Positions 1 through 12,768 of a DNA stretch of 64,000 nt are shown piece by piece (position 1 is the first letter of the stretch; every line of letters begins with the position of its first letter). The position numbers and the translations under genes are program-made. Source of the stretch: Mustelus asterias (Eukaryota); assembly GCF_964213995.1 (NCBI RefSeq), contig NC_135809.1, forward strand, positions 23,250,001-23,314,000, written 5' to 3'. The notes below the pieces were generated by a model. It did not search any database. It was given only the letters and a program-made list of their open reading frames with translations, and was not told where the DNA came from.

Positions 1-139
1 CTTGGAATTGTTAAAGTAGGTGTAAATGGCATGTAAAAAATGCATGAACACATTAATGTCCGAATCATTGAAACTGTCAACAAACCTGTCAAAATCAGTT
101 ATCAAAATCGTCAGAAGCAGATATCAAAGGCGCCTATGC

Positions 140-471
140 AGGGAGAGGATGTTCCCGATTTGGGGGGGGAAGTCCAGAACCAGGGGTCACAGCCTGAGGA
201 TTCAAGGTAGACCATTAAGGACGGAGATGAGAAGACATTTCTTCACCCAAAGAGTGGTGAGCCTGTGGAATTCATTACCACAGGAAGTAGTTGATGCCAA
301 AACATTGAATGTATCCAAGAGGCAGCTAGATATAGCACTTGGAGTGAACGGGATCAAAGGTTATGGGGAGAAAGCAGGATTAGGCTATTGAGTTGGATGA
401 TCAGCCATGCTCGTAATGAATGGCGGAGCAGGCTTGAAGGGCCAAATGGCTCCTATCTTCTATGTTTCTAT
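140..471 (+). mobile_element. CR1/HER1 LINE 3' fragment
   Basis: ORF2 C-terminus SRTRGHSLRI...RRHFFTQRVVSLWNSLPQEVV, then CR1 3' UTR ending ttctatgtttctat. Confidence 0.9.
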
Positions 472-1869
472 CAAAGGGGACTATTACACTGTAAAGGCAT
501 TTAAAAGTTCTACCCTTTATATATTTGGAAAAAAATATCTGGAGTGTATGTTTTAGTTGCTTGCTATTTCACTCTGTTGATATAAGCCGAGAGTTTCCAT
601 TACTGCATTAATGCTGCATGACTGAGTTCACAACCATTCATTATTACAGGAGAGCCATTTTGCAATTTGATTGACAGCTACAAATGATAGTAGACCCTTG
701 ACGTGGGAGGAATTCCAATGCATGTTATAAGGGATTGTGCACTTGAATGAAATGTTTGTAAAAAAGCTTTATTTAGTTGAAGGAATGCAAATGCAGTAAA
801 TGGGTTTTTATGTCATAATAATGAAGGAAAAACCACTGAATTACATCAAGAAATATTGATCTTTAACTAAGAACTGAGAGGTTTTTAAAAAAATGGACAC
901 ACAAGCCACAGATGGCCAAGTGTGTAAAGTCAGTCACTGGCTGAATTGCTGGAGGGTGACACTCAGACAGTGGAAGTCCACCCTGTTTCCAGACAACGTT
1001 GCTTCTAAAACATACAGAAACGAATGGCCATCTCCTGTGGAGACAATGGGACATAATGGGAGATGAGTGACTTCTCATCAGTAAATATCTCATGAGTAAT
1101 GTGATTTGTGGATTCCGTCTTCCAGGAATATACAAAGACTGGCTTTTGGGATAACGCATGTGTATGCATGTCAGAATATATGTGACATTAACAAAGCAAT
1201 GCCAACCAGCAACAGCACCCCTGCAAAAGCTTTTCGCTGACCTATCGCTGTCTGCACCTCTCATGGTTGAAGTAACCCGAGTCAGCAAAGACCATGGCTG
1301 AAATGAAAACGGGCAAACTTCTCTGTGAAACTGCACAACACCGGAATCTCCGAATCGACTATTCACCTACTGCAGGTGAATCGACTATTCACCTACTGAA
1401 ATCTTGAATCTTAATGGCTGCAAAGCTCAATCATCTACTCCTCATGAACCAAGGACTGTTTCGTATACTTTTTTTTACTCACTAACTTTGGAATCAATTC
1501 TCACCTCTAATCTGCATGAATGGAAATGCATCGTTTTCTTGCCTGTAGGAGTTAATAAGCTATCATTAACTCAAAGTCTGGTGCGATTGGCTCCTCTTAA
1601 AACATAAAAATTGGGAGTGGGGAGAGGGAGTGATTTTTTTTGTTAGATAAGTGTTGTGACCAGCAAGGAGGGCGTTGAATAAAACAAGGGAGCCAATTCA
1701 TTCCCCCCTCACCCGGAGCATAACAATTTGGTGATATCCCAGCTGGATAGTAACATATTGAGGGTGACTTCACCCCAGGAATGGTCATAGCACAGACATC
1801 AAGGAGATGGAGTCCATACAGCGAACAGCTCTCACCCAATATGTACATTTAAGAATAGAATTTATTTTT

Positions 1870-2295
1870 TGATTTGATTTATTATTGTCACATGTATTAA
1901 CATACAATGAAAAGTATTGTTTCTTGCGCACTATACAGACAAAGCATACCGTTCATAGAGAAGGAAACAAGAGAGTGCAGAATGTAGTGTTACAGTCATA
2001 GTTAGGGTGTAGAGAAAAATCAACTTAATGCAAGGTAAGTCCATTCAAAAGTCTTTGACAGCAACAGGGAAGAAACTGTTCTCGAGTCGGTTGGTACATG
2101 ATCTCAGACTTTTGTATCTTTTTCCCGATGGAAGGTGAGCCAAATCTGTAAGAAATTGAATTAAAGCATTATTAGAGAGTTTAAAAGGGTTAGAATGAAG
2201 TTTCAGAAGCATAGAACGAGAGTAAAAGATAGACTTAGAAGGTATGCTGGGCACAGCTTGCAAGAAGTTGCCTCGCTCCAGCGCCATCTTGGAAA
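1870..2295 (-). mobile_element. Internally deleted (non-autonomous) Rex1/Babar-type LINE
   Basis: Minus strand starts ccAAGATGGCG, then jumps to Rex1-type C-terminus LPSGKRYKSLRSCTNRLENSFFP and a tail ending tgtgacaataataaatcaaatc. Confidence 0.75.
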
Positions 2296-2364
2296 GATTT
2301 ATTTAGGTGCTTTCCCACTCCCTGGTTTTGCTGATGTTGTGTAGCGAGCGCTGGACTTTGCTGT

Positions 2365-2727
2365 TCCATTGACTCTGTCTACACTTCCCACTGCCTCGGG
2401 AAAGCAGCCGGCACAATCAAGGACTCCATGCGCCCCGGACATTCTCTCTTCCACCTTCTTCCTTCGGAAAAAGATGCAAAAGTCTGAGGTCACGTGCCAG
2501 CCGACTCAAGAGCAGCTTCTTCCCTGCTGCCATCAGAGTTTTGAATGGGCCTACCTTGCGTTAAGTTGATCTTTCTCTACACCCTAGCTGTGACTGTAAC
2601 ACTCCATTCTGCACTCTCTCCTTCTCCCTGTGTACTCTATGAACAGTATGTTTTTGTTTGTGCAGCTAGCAAGAAACAATACTTGCTGTATACCAATACA
2701 TGTGGCAATAATAAATCAAATCAAATC
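2365..2727 (+). mobile_element. Rex1/Babar LINE 3' fragment
   Basis: Same ORF C-terminus and 3' UTR as 1870-2135 in the opposite orientation; ends aataataaatcaaatcaaatc. Confidence 0.8.
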
Positions 2728-2957
2728 GTAGATACCTGGTTATAACCAGAGCACAAATGAAGGTCAGCTCCTCACGACCTCCTGACAGAGTGGTCTTATC
2801 TTGACACAGATTTTCAGACACACATTTTTCTCATTCAGAAAGATTTGCGATGCCAGGTAGATCCAGTCAGTTATGTTCGGATGTGCCTGATAAAGGGAGA
2901 ACCGGAGGATTGCGATTGGCTGCAGTCTTATAAAGTGAAAGCACCAATAAAAAAAAA

Positions 2958-3291
2958 CATAGAATCCCTACAGTGCAAAAGGAGGCCATTCAGCCCACTA
3001 AGTCTGCACTGACTGTCCGACAGAGCATCTTACCTGGGCCATATCCCTGTAACCCAACGTATTTATCCCACTAATTCCCCCTACACATCTTGGGACACTA
3101 AAGGGCAATTTAGCCTATCCAGCCAACCTAACCCGCACATCTTTGGACGGCATGAGGAAACCGGAGCACCCGGAGGAAACTCATGCGGACACAGGGAGAA
3201 CATGCAAACTCTGTCAGACAGTCACGCAGGGCCAGAATTGAACCCGGGTCCCTGTCGCTGTGAGGCAACAGCGCTACCCACTGTGCCACCC
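2958..3291 (-). mobile_element. HE1-type V-SINE with CR1 tail
   Basis: tRNA-like head with A/B boxes, central gggtttcctccgggtgctccggtttcctc domain, tail ending ctgtagggattctatg. Confidence 0.9.
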
Positions 3292-3667
3292 ATCCTATTT
3301 CTTGAAGATTTGGAGCCAGAGTGAAGCTTCAAAAATGGAGCTCAGTGCCTCTTATTAATATCTTACAAGACTGGAGATATTCTGTGAAAATAAACTTGAT
3401 GAAGATTTATGAAGATGATAAATGCAATCCACCACTACTGATCCATCATTGAAACCACTTTGCAGCGATCTTCAATCTTGTTCATTCATTGGAAGAATCC
3501 ATTTATCACATCCATTTATCAACATTTGGAGAGACCATGGTGGAAACTGAGGATGTGCAACATTTAGATGTTAAATATAGAATTATCACTCCTTGGTCGA
3601 ATAAACATTCAAACACATTTTGCACTGTTAGCTATGCTTATTTTTAATTCGAAGCCACTCCAAGTAT

Positions 3668-4255
3668 ATCTGTGCTGGCATGGTCACATTCACCAGAAGG
3701 ATGACGGCCATCTACCCAAAATCCTGAAGAGTGAATTGGCCACTGGGTCGCGACCTCCTGGGTGTCCATACATTTGCTGCAAGGAGACCACCGTGTTCCA
3801 AACCCACGACTGCTATCATCTAGAAGGATAAGGGCAGCAGATATCTGGGAACATCACCACCCAGCAAGTTCCCCTCCAAGTCACTCACCATGCTCACTGG
3901 GAAATATGTCACCGTTCCTTCACTATTTCTGGGTCACAATCCTGGAACTTCCTTCCTAACATCACTGCCGCATGGATTACAGCGGTTCAAGAAGGCAGCT
4001 CACCACCACCTTCTCGACGGCAATTAGGGATGGACAGTCAATGCTGGCCTAGCCCAGCGACGCCCTCATGCCATAAATGAGTGAATTTTTAAAAAGCAAA
4101 ATATATGAAGATGGCAGTTATAGACCCTGACAACTGGGAAACAATCAGTGACTGTCATGATCTCTGGAGGCTGACAGTTTGGAAAGGTAATTGGAAGAGG
4201 TCAGCTCCGCTGGCCAAGAGGAGAAAGCGAGTGAATTGTGCACCTGTAGTACATT
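3668..4255 (+). mobile_element. RTE-clade LINE C-terminal fragment, split by an insertion at 3790-4095
   Basis: LCWHGHIHQKDDGHLPKILKSELATGSRPPG (RTE-type LRWxGHVxRM...GELxxGxRxxGRP); resumes after 4095 as MKMAVIDPDNWETISDCHDLWRLTVWKG. Confidence 0.7.
3790..4095 (+). mobile_element. 3' end of a second CR1-group LINE family ('family B')
   Basis: Homologous to the 3' end of the RT-encoding copy at 20378-21260 (caagttcccctccaagtc...ggcaattagggatgg...gaatttttaaaa). Confidence 0.8.
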
Positions 4256-4268
4256 GGCAGAGACTGTC

Positions 4269-4441
4269 CTGATGTGGAGATGCCGGCGTTGGACTGGGGT
4301 AAACACAGTAAGAAGTTTAACAACACCAGGTTAAAGTCCAACAGGTTTATTTGGTAGCAAAAGCCACACATTGAAAGCTTGTGTGGCTTTTGCTACCAAA
4401 TAAACCTGTTGGACTTTAACCTGGTGTTGTTAAACTTCTTA
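4269..4441 (-). mobile_element. Penelope-derived fold-back mini-element (copy 1, ribozyme core mostly deleted)
   Basis: Near-perfect palindrome ~4308-4442 plus a unique ~37-nt extension; TSD CAGAGACTGTC at 4258-4268 and 4442-4452. Confidence 0.75.
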
Positions 4442-4944
4442 CAGAGACTGTCATGCCAGAGCAGGGATCCTGAGCCACATCACGCAATGCTTAATGCAAG
4501 TTGACCACCATGGTGTAACCCATTATCTTACCAGATGGAACGTGTCCATGAAGCGGTTTTATTTTAGGCAGGCATCATGATCGGCGCAGGCTTGGAGGGC
4601 CAGCGGGCCTGTTCCTGTGCTGTACTGTTCTTAATTCTTTGAAATGATTTCGAGTTTTTTTAGAAAGTTTTTGGTAAATGATTAAAATTTCTAATATTTC
4701 ATTCTTGGCTCCATGCAGAATTGCTATCTGTCGCATGTATTCCTGTTGTCACAATTTATGTTAATTTTTCTGTTACAAATTGCTATATCCACATTTATAA
4801 TGGAAAATGTCGAAGTAATCTGGCTCTAGAATTCCTGCTCAAGATACTATTTGAAATTGTTTCTCATTTGCTATTATTTTTCAAACTGAAATTCTTAATG
4901 GCCAAAATAAGGGACTAGCCAAAATAAATGCATCCATTGAGTTG

Positions 4945-5190
4945 TTTCAGACGGCGATGAGGAGGAATTTCTTCTCTGAGAGTAGTGAATCCGTGGAATT
5001 CTTTACCACAGAGGGCTGGGTTGTTAACTACGCTCGAGGCTGAGATAGACAGATTTCTACTCAGTAAGGGAATCAAGGAGTATGGGGATAAGGCGGGAAA
5101 GTGGAGTTGAGGATTATCATATCAGATCAGTCATGATCCCATTGAATGGCAGAGCAGACTCGATGGGCCGAATGGCCTACTTCTATTCCT
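4945..5190 (+). mobile_element. CR1 LINE 3' fragment
   Basis: gatgaggaggaatttcttctct...gtggaattc motif and tail gggccgaatggcctacttct. Confidence 0.85.
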
Positions 5191-5774
5191 GGTTTTTATT
5201 TGAGGGACTGTCTCTAACAAAACCATGGGATTTGAAAGGTTACTTTTAGTCCAGAGCTGTAATGTTGTGATCTGAATTTGAATTGTGCAGTCTGATCATG
5301 TGTAATGTATCTAATTTCACAAGATGTATCCATCCCATTCAGCCAGCTTTATTTCTTTAGCTTCGAGCAGTTTCTAACAAAAGAAAATCAAAATTAATAG
5401 AAGAAAATCTGGGGTCAAATATCCAACTTTTATTGAGGTGAAATTGACATTGAATGAAATTGGGACTCGGGGCTGAATTTTAGACGGAGGCAGTGGCCAT
5501 GCCCAGTAGCTGGAAATCAGGTGGAGAAAGCTCGCCTCCGTCAGCTTGGGATACCACGACCAGATTTTACAATTAGCTGCCCAAGGTTGTGGCTTCTGTC
5601 TCCATCAAGCAGGATGTCCCAGCTCTCAAGAGCTGTTAGCCAGTCAGATGGCCAGTATCTCCCCAGTCTCAGAAGCTCCACCAAGAGTGCTCCCACTGTT
5701 AAGATGCAGTCAGTCTACAATCAGGAGTGTCAGTGAAGGATGGAGCTCAGGACACTGCCCCATAAGGAGGGATT

Positions 5775-6477
5775 CCACCCCGAGCCCCAATGGGAGTGAC
5801 CTCGCCCCGAGCCCCAATGGGAGTGACCCCACCCTGAGCCCCAATGGGAGTGACCCCACCCTGAGCCCCAATGGGAGTGACCCCACCCTGAGCCCCAATG
5901 GGAGTGACCCCACCCTGAGCCCCAATGGGAGTGACCCCACCCTGAGCCCCAATGGGAGTGACCCCACCCTGAGCCCCAATGGGAGTGACCCCACCCTGAG
6001 CCCCAATGGGAGTGACCCCACCCTGAGCCCCAATGGGAGTGACCCCACCCTGAGCCCCAATGGGAGTGACCCCACCCTGAGCCCCAATGGGAGTGACCCC
6101 ACCCTGAGCCCCAATGGGAGTGACCCCACCCTGAGCCCCAATGGGAGTGACCCCACCCTGAGCCCCAATGGGAGTGACCCCACCCTGAGCCCCAATGGGA
6201 GTGACCCCACCCTGAGCCCCAATGGGAGTGACCCCACCCTGAGCCCCAATGGGAGTGACCCCACCCTGAGCCCCAATGGGAGTGACCCCACCCTGAGCCC
6301 CAATGGGAGTGACCCCACCCTGAGCCCCAATGGGAGTGACCCCACCCTGAGCCCCAATGGGAGTGACCCCACCCTGAGCCCCAATGGGAGTGACCCCACC
6401 CTGAGCCCCAATGGGAGTGACCCCACCCTGAGCCCCAATGGGAGTGACCCCACCCGAACCCCAATGGGAATGATCCC
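5775..6477. repeat. 27-bp minisatellite, ~25-26 copies of GAGCCCCAATGGGAGTGACCCCACCCT
   Basis: Read directly; interior copies are identical and only the edge copies are degenerate; explains the 9-aa periodic ORFs. Confidence 0.97.
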
Positions 6478-7430
6478 AGGCTAAATCTGCAAGCCCTGGC
6501 AGCCTTGCCACATGGTCTGGCCACCCTTCTGCTCTTAGTAAAATAGCAGCAGTGGGCGGAGGTCCTTACCTCGGTACAATAGGCCTCTCCAAGCCTCAAT
6601 TTTCCTAATAGCAGGCAGATTGCCAGCAATTGGTAAAATACCGGTGGAGGCAGGCAGTTGTCTGGCACAGCTTTCCCCCCCCCCCCCCCCCCCCATCTCC
6701 CCCATCCTATTTTATACCCCACCCCCACCCCCACCCACTAGTCTATTTCTGAGATCAGGACTGAGCAAATTTCTGACTAATGTATGTGTGCCAATGTTCC
6801 TGCACGTGTGTGTTCCAATAAATATGACATAGCATGCCTGTTTAGAAAAGCGAGGCTGGGAAGAGAAAGAGGGAGAAAAATTGTCCTTCACGAAATGAAC
6901 TTAACTCTCAGATTTTGAAGCAACAGGATTATCTGCATCTTGATTTATCATTGACTTAAAATATCGATGTTTAACGTGTGCGTAACTGAGAGATTTGGAT
7001 TTCTTACAGCTGTAAAGCAGAGGGTAACAAAGGAAGAGGGAAAAATATAAAGAAAGGCAACTGGACAGTTTCCTTCCTCATTCTAATTTTAAAAAGGCTG
7101 CACAAGTTGAAAACAAACGGGGCATATTTTGAGGGAAAAGGATTGGAATGTCGGATGGGAGATGAATTTTGGAAACTGGTTGAGGGTGAGCCTCTCGCCA
7201 CCCTCCTTTGTGGGGACTGAGTGCGAGTGAACGAAGGGTTTTGGTTGCCATGAAGCTAAGGACTTGAATGGGTCGCTTAAAGGGGAAGATGTTGGGTTGT
7301 GATGAAGGAGAGGATAAGGTTAGAGGGCTGGGAAGGTGAGACCAAGGGTGTGATAGGAGTGCGTGGGGTATGTGGAAGAATGAATGATTTGGGCGGGGGA
7401 GACACTGAAGACCTCAATTTTCCAGGTCAC

Positions 7431-7461
<31 letters not shown>

Positions 7462-7794
7462 ATCTCAACTATAACCTGTGGCCATTGGAGCCTCCCTTCA
7501 CCACAACGCGTTACTCCTTACCACCCATAAACAAAGTAAAAGAAAGAAGAAGCAGAAGAGAAGGAGGGAGAGAGCGAGGGAGATGGGAGTGGAAACAGGG
7601 AAACAGCATGCTGAAGACCTCAAATGAGCAATCATATTCTCTGACTTTGCAATCCACATAACATTGAGCAGTAACTTCTTAACTATTTCTAACAAGCTCA
7701 TTAACACATTTACAATGGAGTCTGCCTATGAAAGGACATACCTTCAAATCCAGCTTTTTGAGCAAGATTTTGGCCACCTGTTTTACTGATGCAT

Positions 7795-8088
7795 GATGGC
7801 ACAATGGTTAGCGCTGCTGTCTCACAACGTCAGGCACCTGGGTTCAATTCGGCCTCGGGTGACTGTGTGGAGCTTTCATGGTCTCTCCGTGTCTGTGTGC
7901 GTTTCCTCCGGGTGCTCCGGTTTCCCCCCTCATTCCAAAAGACGAGCTGGTTAGGTGGATTGGCCATGCTAAATTCTCCCTCAGTGTACCTGAACAGGTG
8001 CCGCAGTGTGGCGACTAGGGGATTTTCACAGTAACTTCATTGCCATGTTAATGAAAGCCTACTTGTGACACTAATACATAAACTGAAC
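7795..8088 (+). mobile_element. V-SINE with alternative tail ('tail B')
   Basis: HE1 head and core, then ctaaattctccctcagtgtac...ttttcacagtaacttcattg...cttgtgacactaat. Confidence 0.85.
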
Positions 8089-8715
8089 TATCTCCTTATA
8101 TAGTTCAGTGTAAGAGTTTATTTGATAATCCCCTCTTGTGAGCTGCTTCAGGACGGTCTTACTACATTAAAGGTGATAACTAAATGATGATTATTGTTAA
8201 TTATAAACTTGTGTTTGTGAAGGTGCTGTAACGTTGACACTAATGGGAGTGTGTGGTTATAGCACGAGTGTTCATTTTCAATATAATGGAAATATCAAAG
8301 TGAGAACTAAAAGCATGTACTGATTTACATTTTAATGCATGAGTCCCGTTAACCTCTGACCTCTAGCCCTGTTTCACCTGAAGACCATTGCTGTTAACTC
8401 CCACAATGCAACAGCAAGATGGCTTCTACATCGTAGAAACCTAGCGAGATCTCTGATGTTAAAGGAGATGAAAGGCTGGGAATTGGTAATCTTTTCCATT
8501 ACATGTACTGCGTACAGAAATAGTGTAACAATGTACACCATTTAACCAAACTTTGTGCCGCCTCCTGGAAGAGCTAAGGCCAATTTTGGGAAAACTCGGG
8601 TAAACATTTACTTGACCCCTTTAAGCCAATCTGGAATAGGTGTATAAAACCGCAATAGTTCATTCTTATTATTATTCGTTGCAGTTAACTGACAACTCAA
8701 CTCTATAATTGGAAA

Positions 8716-8916
8716 TCATGATGTGGAGATGCCGGCGTTGGACTGGGGTGGGCACAGTAAGAAGTCTCACAACACCAGGTTAAAGTCCAACAGGTTTATT
8801 TGGAGTCACGGGCTTTCGGAATGTTGCTCCTTCCTCTGATGAAGGAGCAGCACTCCGAAAGCTTGTGATTCCAAATAAATCTGTTGGACTTTAACCTGGT
8901 GTTATGAGACTTCTCA
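8716..8916 (-). mobile_element. Penelope-derived fold-back mini-element (copy 2)
   Basis: Same inverted arms and extension as copy 1; imperfect TSD ctataattggaaa / ctataactgggaaa; CTGATGA...GAAA core at 8836-8860. Confidence 0.75.
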
Positions 8917-9459
8917 CTATAACTGGGAAAGTGGCTCATTCAGGCACCTGCCTAGCTGCTTTTTATAGGACAATAGCGAATCCATGCCCACCTCGAGCTT
9001 TGGTGGTCTGTAGGGCTGCAGTTCTGCAAAAGGAAATACTCGAAGCTAACTCTTCAGTGTTGATTTAACAGAGTTGCTGGGTTTGTTTTTTAAGAGGTGA
9101 TTTTGGTGGGGCTTGCAGAGACTGGGGGATAAACTCTGTCTGCCTGCTCAGGTGGTTTTAAAAGAACACATTCCATTAAAAGAAAAGCTGGGAGTTCTCC
9201 TCATTCCTAGCCCAAAATTATTCCCTCAACGAACACTTCCAAAAACATATTTGGGTGATTTTTTTTTCTCTCTTCCTGCACCTGGGTGTGTATATTGGAT
9301 TACACACAGGAAAATCAGATTTGAGAGGATCACATTGCCATAAGGGAAAGCCCCAGTTTTCCATCTATTTAAACTTGATGTTCTGTTCAATGAGAACTGG
9401 ACTTCCTACACTGCGATGGACTGCTGCCAGGATCTCTGGAATGTTGCCTGTCTGTGGCC

Positions 9460-9960
9460 ATCCCACTTTCTCACCAGCAGCTAAACGCTAATCCACACTT
9501 TCTTCACCTCCAGAATTGACTTCTCCACGGTGTTTTTTTTTTGCCGGACATCTGGTTCTCTTTACCCCCCTCCCCATTCCACCCATCACAAACTCCGGCT
9601 AATTCGGCGCTCCCTGGCCCATGGCTCTTTGGACTCGAGTGAATTGACTTCAAAGGCCTAGTTTCCAAACCCCTTCAGGGCCTTGCTTCACCCTCCGTGA
9701 CCGATCCTCTCCAGCTGTACATCTTCTCGACTCCTCTGAAACGGGATTGCTACTCATTCCCCACTCTTACCCTGCCTTCATCGGGGCTTTTGACCACTGT
9801 GTCCCAGTGCTTTGAAATTCCCTCCAAAAATCACTATTTTGCCGTTTTACTTCCAGCCTTTGAAAGTCTTTTTTTAAAAAAGCCCATCTCGGCATACATG
9901 TCATCACCGCTCTATCTTCCGTTCACTTTAAAAATTATTTTTTCCTCTGCTCCCTTGCTC
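9460..9960 (+). mobile_element. Degenerate L2-clade LINE 3' region
   Basis: ctaatccacactttcttcacctccagaattgac resembles the L2 LIHAFITSRxDY motif; downstream sequence is L2-like but heavily decayed. Confidence 0.5.
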
Positions 9961-10339
9961 CATCTCTTCTGTCCTATTATGCATATTTTGTTATGGACAG
10001 CAATAGAAAGTTATTAAGTTAACGTTGGCGTAACAAAGTACAGAAACAAAAAAGAGGTCAGCTAACTTACTGAAAATAGCTTCTGCATTTCGGACAGAGC
10101 TTGTAATCTCGAGCTTGTTAAGGCATTTGTAAATACTGTAACAACCTGGCTCTGAATAGTTATTATTTAATCTAATGTGTAGTGGAATTGAACCCTTAAA
10201 GCTTTTTGCTAATGACACAATGTGGCCAAGCAATATGTTTATGGGAGGCCAGTGTAATGAAGTCGTGGTCTGAAACTCTCTGTTTAGTACCTGTCAGTTT
10301 GGACTACTTCATCTAAATGTAATTGTTACAGACCAAGGG

Positions 10340-10620
10340 AGGACATTCTTTCTTCCACCTTCTTCCGTCGGGAAAAAGATACAAGGTCTGAGGTCACACA
10401 CCAGCCAACACAAGAACAGCTCCTTCCCTGCTGCCATCAGACGTTTGAATGGACCTACCTTACATTAAGTTGATCTTTCTCTACACCCTAGCTATGACTG
10501 TAACACTACATTCTGTACTCTCTCCTTTCCTTCTCTTTGAACAGTATGCTTTGTATAGCGCACAAGAAACAATACCTTTCACTGTATACCCAATACATGT
10601 GGCAATAATAAATAAAATCA
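10340..10620 (+). mobile_element. Rex1/Babar LINE 3' fragment
   Basis: Homologous to 2440-2727. Confidence 0.8.
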
Positions 10621-11769
10621 CAAAAGGTGGACTGGGACTTTTGTTACCTGTTTGAGAAAGGGGGCAGTTCCTTCCAAGGATCTTTCCTCGGTGTGCTGTG
10701 GCTTTCAATGAGATGCACTATCATGAAAATCCTGAAGTATAGGCCTGGATTTTCGCCAAGTTGGGGTGGTCCGGGAGTCCATTAAAAATGACAGCTGGGA
10801 CGTGTTTCTGGGTTTCCCAACCCCATTCCTGGGGCCTCCGTTTTTCAGGAGTACCTTTTAAGGGTGTGGACTGGTTCGGGTAAACCCTGACTTGGCCGGC
10901 TCCATGGTGGGGGGAGGTCAAGCCCTTCGCGATATTCATGGTGTTGAACTATGTCCTTCTCATGTCCCCCATATCAGGTATTCCCCCCCGCCCCCCCCCC
11001 CCCCCCGCCCCATCTCCCTATGGCCCTTCATGTCTACTATGCTAAGCTATACTCCGCCACCTGCCCCTTATGCCCACAATGCAGTCATGTCAAGTACTAC
11101 CATGCCCACTGATCCACAAGACACTGAGTACAACCTATAGTGATAATAGGTTGGATATAAAAAACTTCTTTAAAAAACTCCATCACCCAGACCCTATTTC
11201 TAGCAGAAACTGCAAGTACCCACAACTCTTAACCTTGTGTATTGTGCAATTGACAGCAAAGATCAGAGAGCCAGAGCTATCAATCAAGCAATATTTTCCT
11301 CAACAGCTCTGTTGTTTTAGTACTCTAAAGGATGTATGGACACTCAGCCAAGAGTACATAATCCATTACTCTATCGAAACACCTAACCCCCAGAGAAAAC
11401 ATTGCTTCCTTGACGGCTCTGGCTGTCAAGTCTCTTTTGTCAATGTCACAGTTTTTAACGCAAGATAGAGTGTAAATTGATGAGACTTATTAGACTGTCG
11501 TAAATACTTACTTTTTTCAAAAAGTGGAAAGTTATCCATGATGTTATGAACACATTCTATTGTCACAATGGGTTCATTGGTTCTATACAGTGTATAATTG
11601 GTGAATGAGCATGGAAGTGCCATAACTTTAAATGGGGGAGGGTTTGAAGGACCATAGTGGGTGGGTGGGGGCATACCTTGGCATGGGGGGCATTAGGGAC
11701 CCTAGTGATGGGGGGGAGATGTTACAGGCATACCACATGGTGTGTGGCTTAGGGGGAAAGTAGCGGTGA

Positions 11770-12460
11770 TGTTATTCCTTTGTCCTTCAGGGTAGTGGAT
11801 GCCAAGTGTTTGGGAGGTGTTGCTGAAGACGCAATGCTGATTTGTTGCAGTGCGTACTATAGACCATATAAATGGCAACTGGTGATAAAGTGGGTGGACA
11901 TATCAGCTGAAGTGCCCGTCAAACAGAATGCTTTGTCCTGGATGATGTGGAACTGTTTTGTTGCAGCTTCACCCATCCAGGCAGCTGGTGAGTATTTCAT
12001 GACACTTCTGACATTGTGCTTCTTGGGTGGTGGAAAGGTTCTGTGAAATCAGGACATGAGCCACTTGCCGTAGAAAACCCAGCCCCTAACTTGTTCAGGT
12101 AGCCACAGCATTTATGTTCCAGGATCAGTGAGGTTTCTCTCAACGGTGAGCCTCAGGATGTTGAAGTCGATGCTAAATAAGGCCAGTGATTGTCATGAGG
12201 TGATGGTCATTTTCTGTCACTCGAGGCACAAATGTAGCTTGTAATGTGTCAGTCAAACTGGGATGATGCATACGCTGTGCGGACTGAGGATCTGGCCTCC
12301 GCCATTACAAATGGAAATGGAATCGAAACTGCAGTGATCAGTGAACAGCTCGCTACTGACATTCTGATAGCAGGAAGGTCATTAATGAAGCTGCTGGAGA
12401 TAACTGTGACCTCCTGTAGTAATGTCTTGAGGTTCCAATTATTGGTCTCCGACCACAACC
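11770..12460 (-). mobile_element. Degenerate family-B CR1-group LINE (RT region)
   Basis: Reverse-complement similarity to 20400-20950; minus-strand SSFINDLPAIRMSV. Confidence 0.6.
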
Positions 12461-12488
12461 GTCCTCTTTTATTTAGTGTGACTTTATC

Positions 12489-12768
12489 ATAAAATCACGA
12501 CAGCGCAGAAGGAAGCCATTCAGCCCATCGAGTCTGCACCGAATCTCCAATAGAGCATTGTACCCAGCCCCCTAAACCCTGTGACCCCATGCATTTAATA
12601 ATACACCTAATCTACACAACTTTGGATATTGGGAGGAAAGTGGAGCACCCAGAGGAAACCCATGCAAACACTGGGAGAATTTGCAAGACTCCACAGTCAC
12701 CCAGGATCAGAATCATACCCGGGTCCCTGGCGCTGTGAGGCAGCAGTGCTAACTACTCTGCCACCGTG
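12489..12768 (-). mobile_element. HE1-type V-SINE
   Basis: Head, core and CR1 tail as in the other copies. Confidence 0.85.

Noticed and set aside
5775-6477. CRISPR-like array
   Set aside because: Units are contiguous with no unique spacers, there are no cas genes, and the context is vertebrate
5546-6734. 247-334 aa periodic ORFs (SPNGSDPTL, GWGHSHWGS and others) resembling mucin or prion-like repeats
   Set aside because: By-product of a 27-bp VNTR that is open in four frames, with no synonymous variation between units and no splice context
6675-7461. Poly-C tracts and polyproline ORFs
   Set aside because: Simple homopolymers that recur across the window, have unreliable lengths and show no coding evidence
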